From assembly GCA_905178155.1 (NCBI GenBank), contig CAJINV010000004.1, positions 1,998,391 through 2,062,390 on the forward strand: a stretch of 64,000 nucleotides of DNA, in the 5' to 3' direction. Positions 12,148-24,400 of the stretch are shown here, piece by piece (position 1 is the stretch's first letter; each line of letters opens with the position of its first letter). The translations under genes were made by a program, and so were the position numbers. Origin of the DNA: Amoebophrya sp. A120 (lineage: Eukaryota; Protista; Dinoflagellata). A model generated the notes under the pieces. It saw only the letters and a program-made list of their open reading frames with translations. It was not told the DNA's origin and searched no databases.

Positions 12148-12688
12148 CTTTGCGGAGGTTTTGTTATGTCAAGGACACAACAGACTGCTTCTCAATCTAC
12201 GTTTTCCAAACACAACAGAAAATGCCGCTTTGATCTGTACCTCAAAGTCAAAGCCAAATCTTCCACTCTCACATTGGCAATGGTTCCTGCACTGGCTCTA
12301 AGCTGATGCTCCAACACTTCCTCCCTCTCAGAAATACGGTCTCTCTGTGAGGAACAGAACCTGCTCCCAGCAACACAGCACCGCCCGCAACACGGGTGGA
12401 TTTTGAAGAACGCGCCAGGCGCAGTAGTGTATACTTATCCATCCTTTTTCAATGGTGTTACCACAGAAGACGGACATATCATGTTTCACACGGGAACTAT
12501 GGATGAACCACTTGTTCTACCGCGGGCCCAGGAGCCAAACCGTGCAAAAGTCTGCCACCATTGTGTGCACAGCGTCACAACCACAGGTCACAGAACTTTT
12601 CATCAGAAGGTCGAGGGACCAGAGGCGATCTTGATTTGCCAACACTCCATCAAGCACTGCGGATAAGACGATGTGTCTGAGTGTCCAC

Positions 12689-13244
12689 TTACTTGTAGAA
12701 GGACTTGGCCTTGGCCAAGAAGGCCTTGCCCTTGGCGGTCTTGCCACCGACCGGGACGAAGCCCTTGATGCCCAAGGCCTTGCGGGCCTTGCTGACGGCG
12801 GCGTTCCAGGCGGAGATGCGCTTGTAGGCCTTCTTGCCGGCGGCGGACTTCTTGATGGACACGATCTTTCCGGACTTGCTCTTCTTCAAGTCGGACTTCT
12901 TGAGGCCACCGGAGGTCTTCACCTTGGTGCCCTTGAAGACGGAGGATTTGCCGCGCTTGCCCTTGGCGATGGTGGACTTCTTCATGGCCATCTTCTTCAT
13001 GCCCATCTGTGTGTTTGAGTTTGATTGTTCCGTTCGAATGAATTGTGCGCACACATCACGCATTTAGTGATCGTCCAATAATATGCTGATACTTAGCATC
13101 ATTTCTCATGTACCAACAGGAAAAAACATGATACGACAGCATCAAAACAAGAAAATCAAGTACCTTCATGGACATCATCTTCATCTTCATGGACATCATC
13201 TTCATGCCCATCTTCATGGACATCATCTTCATCATCTTGGCCAT
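12689..13244 (-). CDS. DVNP: Dinoflagellate/viral nucleoprotein (132 aa)
   Basis: Exon 1 13164-13244 (MK-rich tail), GT-AG intron 13007-13163, exon 2 12689-13006. Carries the hallmark STIAKGKRGKSSVFKGTKVKTSGGLKKSDLKKSKSGKIVSIKKS...WNAAVSKARKALGIKGFVPVGGK. Confidence 0.97.
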
Positions 13245-14249
13245 CTTGATGGGGTGTTTTGTGTGGCAAAAAATCACTCAGCTACGGTTTTTGATTGAAG
13301 TTCAGAATGAAAAGATGTTGTGTCAAGACTGTGAATGCGCCCATGATACTTCGCAACGTGCCTAAAGTATTTACATGATAAGTAGCTCCTTCGCCCTTGG
13401 CCGTTTGGATTCTATTCTCTCTGTATCCGTATTGCTAGCGACATATCATGACCTGGCTCGCTCACTCAATCTCTCTCTCTCCGTCGCGCAATGCCTTGTA
13501 CTATACTGGCTTGTCAATTGCTAGGAAGCTTCAAAAAACAAACCACCATCGATTACTTCATATTGGCAGCCTCAGGTTCACAAGGTGGCATTTACAGTCT
13601 GCAATACCAATATCCAGTGCACGGTGCAAATATATAATCTGACATAGAAAGTACCGACTTCATCGAACAGACAGCATCAACGCCACGGCCTTCTTCTGCG
13701 CTCTTCTGGACTGTCGATAAGCAAATCGACAAATTCTCACCTGCGCGACAGAAACTTCAGGCACGTATGCGTCCTCTATAAGGGTCAGAATTCCCTATCA
13801 CAGTAGCTCAGGTGCGTGCACTCGGGTCGTAAAACCAGAAGAGCCATTGTGTATCCAGAGCGGTCGCTCCAACACGGAAAAACGCAGTCGAAGACTCCGA
13901 GCCCCAATCTCTGCTGCAATCCTACACTCCAGTGTCTGCTGCGATGCCGTTCCCACAGCTCTACTGCGACACCGTACCCCGCCGCACCTCTACTGCGAGG
14001 CCGCACCGCAATGTCACATCCACATTCCGTCTCTACTGCCATGCCGTACCCACAGCCTTGCTGCGATGATAGGGTGCGCGTGGTGCTCGTCTCGCATACG
14101 TCTTACCAGTTAAGTCGCAGGACACGCGGGAGACGGAGGGCTAGCGGCGACGCCTTAGTACTTAATACCAAGCGTGCACAGTTCCACTACCAACAGGCCC
14201 AGGTACCGGAGAGGGCAGTCGTGTGACAGCAGCGCAAGCAGGCGGATGC

Positions 14250-17200
14250 TACTGCTCATAGGTGCACGCGCACCACGGCATTAACACCACTTCTCGAAAC
14301 TGGCGAAAATCATCTCCTGGTGTGGACGGCGAGGATGCGGTCATGGCGAAACCAGTGACGGCATGAGAAGTTGAATTTGGCTGGCTTTTCCGAAGGAAGC
14401 TCTGTACGCATCGTCGACAGCAGGCCGTGTACCAAAATGCCCAGCTGGAGACTTCCAACGCTGGCGAACCAGCAGAGCAGCTGGCCCAGTCCAGATGCAG
14501 TGGTGGTTTGAGATTCTTTCAGGAAGTCCTGCTCGCAGCACCCTTTCGTAGGTTGCTCAAGGTAGTCGCACGGATCCACCAGCAATTCCACCCTTCATTC
14601 GTGTTTCCCGCAATGTGGACACACACACATCGCACTTAGGGATTGCAATTGCCCCACTCCGCAAAGCAGGGTGGTTGCCGTGAACAGGATGGCGAAGAGG
14701 TCAATAGTGTTCACCGGCACGTCGAACCTCGTTTCCAGACACGAGACAAGATTGGCACTCCAGTGAAGACGCGCAAACTCGGCCCACCAGTCATCCGTAA
14801 TCACGTCTTCAGTTTTCGGTAGCAGCACGACACCAGCGCCAATTCCAAGAGGCTCAGTCGAGTCGCTTGTCCTCCCGTGGTCCGCACAGAAATCCGTCAT
14901 GTAACTAACACTTCCGTCTTTCCCGCAGAACAATCTCTGCGATCAACAGAGGGACCGCACTAGAATGGGTTTGATTTTCCAGTAAAGCGGGTACGTAGGA
15001 CGCTGCTTCAGCCGGTTTACAACTGGAAGGGTGTTCTGTTCCAGAACCAGACAATGTTTCAATGGCGCTCGGTTGCACAGCGTCTTCTCAAACACGCAGT
15101 CGGCAGCATCGTCCACCGCAAGCACGTACACGGCGGCAGCGTTGGTCCACAGTAGCTGCGTCACGGTGGAACCCCTCGGCCACTCACCAATGCAAAGGGT
15201 TTTCGAGCACGTCGTGCAACACCACCGTTTTGCCAGCGCACTGACGTAATGGCGGTCGGTACGTCCCGCGCACACGCGGAAACTCCACTACGGTAGGATC
15301 GCTCCAGGCATTCAGCTCCGTTTGTGTGTGCAACGATGGGAAACGACAAAAGTTCCCACCAGCACGCAGATGTCGAAGTGTCCACTCGTTCGCCTGTGCA
15401 GACAGAGTCACAGTCTGTCCTGCCGTATCTTCCATCGCGTCCGGGTACTGCCTTTGGCAGATGGGGCAGGACCACCTTCAACCACACCAATCCGCCTCGG
15501 GTCGTACAATCCACCTACCACGACGAGATCAAGTTCTGTACGAGACCGTGGTATTCCGCAGCACCACAAATAGAGATGCGTTATCGCGGGTCCCCGAAGT
15601 GCATCACGTCATGAACCGAGGACAGGTGGAGTGTTCAGTAGCAAGTCGTGCGAAGCCAAGGACGCACGCCGAGCCGAAGGTTGCGCTGCTGCACAACGTG
15701 TGCAGCAGAAATCCGTGTCACAGCAAAGTCCCGCCCCTCGAGAGCGAGCCCGCAGCGAACCTCTTTCTTCTGCGAGCAGGTATCAACGGATAGATTCGCC
15801 TTCAGGAAAAAGAGTTGGCGCATCGAGTCGCCTGCTGGTACCAGTTTTCGTATCTGACCACTCCGGGCAACTCGTTCCTCTGCAGTGTCGGTCGCGGTTG
15901 CAGGTAGCGCGGAGTGCTGAGTTTGGATGCTGGTTCCTGCGAAAACTACGTCACATCAGCAGTAGTCACTGCAATCCATTCACGGAACCGTCGTTGTTGT
16001 GAAACGAGGCCAGAGCATTCCCAACGTAACGTTCCACCGTTAAGAGCGCTGGCAAGACACCACTGGTAAGACGGGCTGTTGTACCTAAGTACTTACTTAC
16101 CCGATTGTCGTTGCGAGATTTCCATCATGATGACGCACATGTTGCGCCAGCAGACCGCAGGTGTAAGTGAGGCCCTGTGTCAGCAAACCAGACGGTAGAT
16201 CACGCCCAGCCTGAAATTGCAGCCATCGGTCCTCGTGTTGATCTTGGTCTGCTGCTTGGACAGAAGTGAGAATGTTGACAAACGATGTGTACAAGTCTTG
16301 ATCTTCGCGTACGAAGAGTTCGAAACGTTTCAGGTACCTACGACAGCGATCACCCGTCACTGCGCAGTCTGCTCCGCGACCATTCGAACTTCCCCGTTGG
16401 TGAGGTAGCTGGCCTCCCGGTCCGCGACGAAACTAGGATTTTCCGCATACAGCCGTCGCCGAATCTCGTCTTCCCGCTCGTAGCTTTCGTCGCTGCTCGC
16501 GCGAGGCGTCACTCCGCGCAGAATGTCCCGGATGATGGACGGATCGGCCTCCGGTGGCGTCCAGCCCCCCTATGCATCGCAAAAAGCAACACAGCCTCGA
16601 TAATTATTCTGCCACGTTGCTGCAGGTGCACGTTCTCAAAAGTACCCAGCGGACCTTCCTTGGCAGAATTAACTGCTCCGCACAGCGTGCTGACTGTACG
16701 TGGTCGGAGGAGGTCAATCACACACGCGTCCACGAACGTGAAATGTTGAAGTCATCGACTTTTACTATATTTCGGACGTTACTTTTTTTCGCAAATGTTG
16801 AAATGCAAGTACTATATCCAAAACTCTTACAGAAAGAACCCAAGATTGGTTGCTTTTCACCCTGAATACCCAGCGGAAGTAGTTCATCCACCGCATCTGC
16901 AGGTCGGGCTGCATGCCAACCAACAGGATGATGATCGGCAGCAACGTGGTCATCAGTGCGTATTTCCGCAGAAACCCCGTCTGCCCCCGCTGTCCGCGCT
17001 TATCCAGGGGAGAAAAAGTGCGTGGCGATACGTAGGTGTAGAAGAAACGCAGGCTGTGTTGAAAGAAACTGGATGGGAAACAAGACGCAGAAATCAACTG
17101 CTCACTTGGGAATGAAACTTCTGTCCGTGCCCATGTACGGTATTAACGGTCGTCGCAGAGAATTCAAGACGGCAGTGCACCGCACAGGTTCTTCTCGAGA

Positions 17201-17700
17201 ACTGGAACTCCCTGCGAGGATCATCAAAATGATGTTTCATCGATACCTACGTACGTAACCACACACTTTTTTCTCCGCCTACCGACCTTGCTTGTTGTAC
17301 CCGTGATGCCAGACGTAGTGCGGAATCGGTGACGCCCGGTACACTCCAAAAAGTCGCCGCTGACCCGGAACAAGTCGTGCCATGAGCTCCGCCGGTCCGC
17401 TCCTCTTATGCGCGGATACCACGACCAGGTTGCCTGCTCGGGGTGGAAACGCCACTCCCACAACTGCCGCACCGGTGGTTGATCGTGATGAAGGCGCCAG
17501 GCAGCGTGTACCTGCCACCCAGTTCTGGTTTTCCGAGGGTTGCATCCGCGGCACGAAGCCCGAAGTGATACTTGCAGTTACGCCGGGGTACCACCGCGGT
17601 GACGAAGCGGAGATACTTCCAAGATAAAACCGGCGAGCCGCGGAAGCTCGGCACACTTGCAGAAGCGACATGTTGCGACAGTCTTCTGTGCACCGGGGGC
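14250..17700 (-). mobile_element. Decayed retroelement (RT plus RNase H remnants, DIRS/Ngaro-like); boundaries approximate
   Basis: Frameshifted fragments resemble RNase H motifs (MTDFC...GIGAGVVL...VPVNTIDLFAIL...LLVD/TTLSNLRKG...CWFASVGS) and RT motifs (MHFG, *VD). Many stops; no introners. Confidence 0.45.
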
Positions 17701-18417
17701 ACTCTCCCGTGCAGAGATCGGGGCTGGACGAAGCAAGAAAGGACTTGACGCTGCTATTGGAAAGTTTCTTTTTTGTTGTAACTGCTATCTACCAACAATT
17801 CTGTATCACGCACGGCTCGTCGAGTACTATCGTACTCGACCACTGTCAACAACATGTAGTAGATGAAATTCTTTCACAAGGACGTGAACAAACACGTTTT
17901 CATTGTTGAAGCCCGACTTTCCTTGCAAGTGCAGTTCTTTCTCCCTGAATTTCAATGTCGTAATAAACGCACCATCTCTAGTTGGTAGCATTTCAACTTC
18001 CAGGGTTCTCGAGGACATGCAGCTATGTGTAAACCTAAAGAGTTTGTGAATTCATCATCGACATCAACTGGGATTGAAAATCCCGCCATTCCCAACTGCC
18101 GCGTTGCATCTCGCGAATCCTGTCGCAGAATCCTGCGAGTTTTCGCGCTGGGAATCAGGGACTTCCGAATCCCACCACGGGATTTCCGAAGCGCTACCGC
18201 CTTCCAGGTTCTGTTGCCAACGACGACCCTCTGTACTGCCCGAGTACGTGTGCCAGCATGTGCAGTAGTCGGGAAAAACGGCCAGTGCGGCGCAGCTCTG
18301 CATCACACCTCCGTAGAGTATTTGCTGTCGACGACCACTCCATGACTGTACTAAAACAGTCGCTGTGCTCACCTGTTGGTTCACGCTGTTTTACGGCCGC
18401 GGTCGTGTAACAAACTA

Positions 18418-21400
18418 TCACTTTTTCATCACGTCGCCGTTGCTCTCCGCCTCGTCGGGATGGTCTGCCACCCAGCGGCTCACCGCCGCGGCAACTGCGT
18501 CCGCGGCCTCTTCGATTTCGGCGTCGGTGGTGTAGCGTCCGACCGTGAAGCGGACGGTTCCCGCCATCTGCCGCACGGTTCGCTTCATGGCCTCCAGCAC
18601 GTGCGAGGTCGCGTGCCCGTCCGAATGGCACGCCGCCCCCGCGGACGCGGCCACGTGGCTGCCGAGGTAGGCGGGACCCAGAAACGCCTTCGCGTCGGTC
18701 ACTCGCAGGAAAGACAGCGAACTCGTGTTGGGCAATCGCCGCGGTGGCGCCGGGACGGCTTGATCGGTCTGCCGCGTCACCGTTCCCTGTGCCGACGAGC
18801 TGCCGGCGTGCTTGTTTCCCCTCTTGATGTTCTGCTCGTCCCCAACTTCTAGATCCGCCTCGCCGCTTCTTGGAAGGTCGAGGACCACGAAATGCCCCAT
18901 ATCAACCACAAACATGTCTGGATCACGACCTGGAAACTTGTTTACTACGTGGGGCTGGGGTTATAATTGAGAACACTACTTCTAAGCGCAGCCGAAATAG
19001 AATGCTAAACTGCTTTTTTGCATGAAGATGAAGAAGGAACGCTGCGCGTTGTTTAATATCATGCAATACAAATCTCTATTTCCACACGAGGAATCATGCG
19101 CCCGGAGCCGCGCGTGCCAAGATCCTTACATCCTCCCCTTTCACGACCCTGACACGTCTCTGCCTTTGATACTCCAGCTTTTTCACCGATTCCTCCGTCA
19201 AATGGTCGGATTCTTTCACCGCGCAGGTGGAACTCCCGTTTTGCGCCGCCCCGCTCTCGGACTTGGCGGAGCTGCCCGGTATTTTTCCACCGCCTCCATT
19301 CACAACCACGTGCTCCGGACCGACCGCCCGCAAGACGCGGGCCTCAAAGGCGTCCCGCTTGCGCCGGAGCTCCTCCGAGATCCGCGCGTCAAAGATCGTT
19401 TTTTTCGTTGTCTCAGCACGACCACTATGGGTTGCAAAAGGGTCTGGGTCTGGAAGAGTAAGTGCAAACTTGTGATGCGCATTTCAGAACACCTAGAAAT
19501 CTCTCATGCATAGGCAGCAAAAGTTGCCCACTTTCTGTCACCAAAGTCAGGGATTTGTCATGAGGATTAGGCATTGCAGAACCTTCTCGAAGTCTGTGAT
19601 GCTAGGGCTTCCATGCCAGATGACCTTCTGCGTCATGCAAAAACAGCATGCGTGACATCTTCCAGACCCAGACATATTTGCAATGCATACTCGTCGGCGA
19701 CCTGCAATGTCAACTCGCACGCCTTCCCCAGCCCGACGCAGTAGGCCACGTTCTCCGTGGACGCCCGCAGCTTTTTTTCCTGTCCCGCGCCGTGCAGAAA
19801 GGGTGGCAGAATTGGGCTGCAGTTGGCCACCAACAGGGAATCGTCTTTCGGCAGCAACACAAACGCCGTGTCCAGGTTCCTCGCGTGCTGCTGTGCGAGC
19901 AGGGCTTGGTTTTCCGCCACGGTCTCGGACACCTTCTTCAACAGTTTCCGCACGTCCGTCGCTGAGAGTTCCGTGGGCATAATATCCGCTCGCACCAAAG
20001 GTTGCTCGCCGGCACCCTCGATTTCGTCACCATCCGCCGGTGATGCCGATTTGGACACCGCCACCGACTTCGTACCCTTCGTCGCCTGGTCCGAACGCGT
20101 TGCCTTCTGCAGCTTTTCCTCCCGCGCCGCGGCCTTATGCATTGGAAAAGTATTTTTAAAGTGTACTTACGCAATACAAATCGTATGTGATGACAAAGTT
20201 TTTCAAGAACAGAGTCGGAATGTGTCTCCTGTCATGCACTATAACAGGCCAGTTATGAGCAGATCTGTTCTATTATATGGCTCAGATTTTTAGATTTCAA
20301 GTACAACGAGTACGATACTTTCGCGATGTGGATACGCTTGGGACCCCACCAACTGGTTCAGGAAGGGCGTGAAAACCTGGCTGAAAAAAGTGTCCAGTAG
20401 CGAACTCCGCACGTACAGGGCCCCCACGCCCTTGGGCGCGTACACCTTGTGACCGGCGACCGTGAGGTAATCACAGTTCAGCGCCTGCACGTCCACGGGT
20501 AGTTTGCCCACCGACTGGCTCGCGTTCCTATCGCACGAAAAAATGCAGAGGGCACTGCAGCACAATACAAATAGGACACTGATGAAACTTACGAGCGTAG
20601 ATGAACTACAAGTGCTGGATCACTGCGAATAAGTGCGATTTTGTATATGCAAGGTGGTAGAAAACTATTCGCAATATCAGCGCCCTGCAAAAGCATCACA
20701 AAGCTGCGAAACTCCTCCACAGGGTAAGAATATTCTTCGTGCGATAATCCACGTGAAAATAGCAATGGGTCAGAAATTCCCGTTGCGGCAGCTGATTGTC
20801 GTGTAGTTAGGTGATTTTGAGATGATGATACGTAGGAGAACAAGGGATAAACGTGACTACGGCTCCAACTGTGAGACAAGATCCTTGCTGCGTATCAATT
20901 AATCGAATTCTTGGGTGAATCATCAGTCTTCCATCCTTTTGTGGAAGCAAAGCCACACTTTGGAGGTTGTGCGACTGGTTCCACGAAAATACCAGAATTT
21001 TAGCAAAGACGCCAAAAGAAGTCACGGGACAGTCGATCAGGTGAAGTTGCGCAATTCGAGTTGTACATTTTTTTCATCATTTTTAACATTATCGCGAAGA
21101 TTAGGTCCACTTATTGAATATATTCCTCGTTAATCGAAAAATATTTTGATACGGATACCGTGTCCGGGTTATAGTTCCGGGGGGTGGCGCCGCGCATGGG
21201 CGACCTGGGCCGCGGCTGGAGGTATCAAGATGAAACATCCATCCTCCCGATAATTCGAAAGGCGACCTGATGTTCTGCTACTGCTGCTGGCCATTTGGAT
21301 AAAAAAAAACAAAATAAAATTCTAATATGGCAAAAGGCAAATAAGGATGCGTACGGCATTCGCATTGCTGTGAGGCATGGAAATAAAGCGGTGCATGTTC

Positions 21401-24400
21401 GGCATGACGGGAACCAGCCGCATCTTTTCGGCATTGCCGGGAATATGATCAGCGTCTTGACAAATCCATCGCGCTAGACTAGGACGCCTCTTTGGCTTTG
21501 CCTTTTAGCACTACAAATCGACCTCTTCGTGTATGCAAATTAGAATCCCGCGTGAGCAGCAGTTTCTCATCGAATTTATGGGGACAACGGATTTTTCCTC
21601 ACGATAGGGAGGGAGTCCCGCGCCGGCTCCGACTCCGCCCCAGTCGGGGGGTCTGAATGTACGCGCGCCGCCACAGACTGGGAACCCTCTCCTTGTGCAG
21701 GTTATGGAAGCGCCAGGTTTAAAATAGACAAAGTTGAATAAATGATTTGTCATGCATAAAATGCAAGGCATGACGTGCCTGTCTTGCGGGGATGGCAAGT
21801 GAGGCCGACTGTCAGCCTGTTTAGGGTTTGAAATAGAGCTGCTAAAGTAGCATGACAAAAGCAGTCTTCTGTGCCCAAACAGCATGACAAATTGCATTCC
21901 GGAGCTCGGAAAAATTGTCATGCAACGCTTGGGAATTGGGCTTCCAACTGGTATAGATTTTATGCATTACAAGTTACTACTACTTTGTCGATTTCGATCC
22001 TGACAGTTCCATACAGGTGCGCGGTCGCGTACATGACGCAGTTGCGCTGCTGAATCCGGCGCGCGATTTCCGCTTATCAACTGTAAAACTGTCTGGGTCT
22101 GCAAGAATCCAACTTGTCGCGCTGATTTTGGATTCTAAAAAAAATCTGTATTGCATGAGCAGCAAAGAGAGTCCAAGTTTTGCTACACGGAAAGAGCATT
22201 TGTCATGCGGTATAGGCATCAGGAAGCCCTCACAAAATCTGTGATGCTAGGGCATGCATCACAGACATCAGGAGTCATGCAATAAAATGTGCATGACAAA
22301 CCTGAGGGCCTTGTGTTCCGGCTACTCCGGATCGCAATCGATGGAGGGCGGGACCTGCACCGGCGACAGGCGCTATCCAACCAACCAACCAAACCTGGCA
22401 ATCTTCCAGACCCAGACATTTTTACATTTGATACCGCTATTGGCTGTACCACCCCGGTCTCGTTATTGGCGTGCTGGATCGATACGAGAAACGTGTCGGG
22501 CCGCAGCGCCGCCGCCACGGTTTATTCATTGCAACCATGTTTGGCTCGGGAAAAAAGCGAGGTTTGTCACGCTCGGCCAGCATGCCCCGTAAATCTGTCA
22601 TGCACGACGTTACCCAGCCTGTAATAGATACCGACCGAATTTTCTGCCATGCATAACCGCAGGCTGCCATACAGATGAATAGGCAAAAACTTGCTACGCT
22701 TGCTGGTGGTCGTCATTCGCAGCGTCCTGATGATTGTCCAACTTATATCACAAGCTTCCAGAGCCAGACATATATCCAAGGTCTGGAATGCGGGACCTAG
22801 CATGACAAACTCTGTGAGGTTTTTGTCATGCCTATACTGCATGAGAAATCCCCTCCGAACTTGGCCGAAAGTGGGCAGCTTTTGGCACTCATGCAACACA
22901 GATTTTCGCATGATTCAGATTTAGCACGACAAGTTGCAATCTTCCAGAGCCAGACATATTTGCAATCCGTACGGACTCCGGATCCACGACGCCATGCTCG
23001 TCCACGTCGAGGTAGGTAATCCTGTGTGAGAACGTCCCCGCCATCTTCCCAGAGTTGTCATGCAAATCTGCATGATGAAGATGTTTCTCCTGCGCAGCCC
23101 CGAGGACCCTTTTCTAAGATGCCAGATCTGGGATGTTGACCTTGTCTTGCTATAGTACGGATGAAATGATCGATTTGTGACGCGGCTGCTGCACTAGCCA
23201 CACACGACTATACTCTGAGCTCAAATTTGTCATGCGCAACAGCCAAACCTTCTTGATTTGTGTAAGCAGACTCCCCATGATCTTGGCTATAGGGGGTGCG
23301 TAAGTACGTTATTTCACAGGATACACGTAACGCTGACATTATCCCACATCTCCAGGGCCTTGCAAACTTCCAGCACTGCGACGTGTTCCGTTTTCTGCGT
23401 AATCACGTGCCCGCGCTGGAAGTTGTTTTTCGAACAGCCAAAAAAGCAGTGGTTAATGGTTTCGGTTCCGTTGGACATGAAGAGCACCTCGTCCCCCTCC
23501 CGGACGTTGAGGCAGACCCGCACGCGGGTCCGCGCGAGCTCCAGCGCCGCCTTCGCCCGCTGCCCGAACACGTGCGAGCTGCTGGCATTGCCCCAATACC
23601 CGGGTTTGCTGGCGGACAGCAGAAAGGGCTCCATTTCCTCCATCACGCGTGCGTCCACGGGCGCTATCCAGAGTAAAAACGTCCCCACCCCCGCGTTGTG
23701 GTTCTTGTCATGCAAATCTGCATGCCCAGTGGAACATCTGTCATGCGGCTCCGCGTGGCGGGCATTCATCTCCAATCGTGTTTGGTAATCTGTCATGCGC
23801 GAATCAAGGAGTAATAGAATGGATTTGCGAAGTGGAACACGCGTCATCTGGGCCGCTACTTAGGCAGGACCTCTATACTGCGTCGCCAAAGTTGTCATGC
23901 ACGACCAATCGCAAATAAAGTTGTAGATTTATTGTCTAGCAGATTACTTCCCTCCATCTTGGCTATGGGCTGGAGCTGTTTTTACACAGGGTAGGTGTGG
24001 TGCCATTGTAGTCAAGATAAATCGGGTCTTCTGGGGCGAAGTATAGGGGGTTGGACCTTGTTTTTTGGAGGCCGGGATAGATGGCCAGGCTGTGAAAAAA
24101 AAACAAAGCAAAATACTTTCTCAGATTTGAATAAACTGCACACTATTCTAGCATCGCCGTTGAACCGCTTCGCGGCTTAAGTATCGCTATTAAGACGTCA
24201 GATGCATCTCCTCTAGCCGTCGGGTGCCACATGAGAGAGAAGTCCTTAGAACCTCTCAGCCAGACTGGATTTTTAGAGCTTGTTGTATTGTAAGTAAGTA
24301 CTTACCTGGGAGGCGCGACGGCGGGCTCAACCACAACCGGTGGGGCCATGGGTTCGGGAACCGGATTTACCGCCAAATCGTGCAGGTCCGCGCGGATATC

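Noticed and set aside
10671-13365. His-rich and Ile/Phe-rich plus-strand ORFs (HLLHGHHL, MDIIFIFMDI)
   Set aside because: They are reverse-complement readings of the ATG/AAG-rich MK genes.
20515-20890. Apparent Asp-to-Asn change in the lyase H-x-D-A-x-Q motif (NASQSVGK)
   Set aside because: The codon lies at an intron boundary I could not resolve, so it cannot be called without cDNA.
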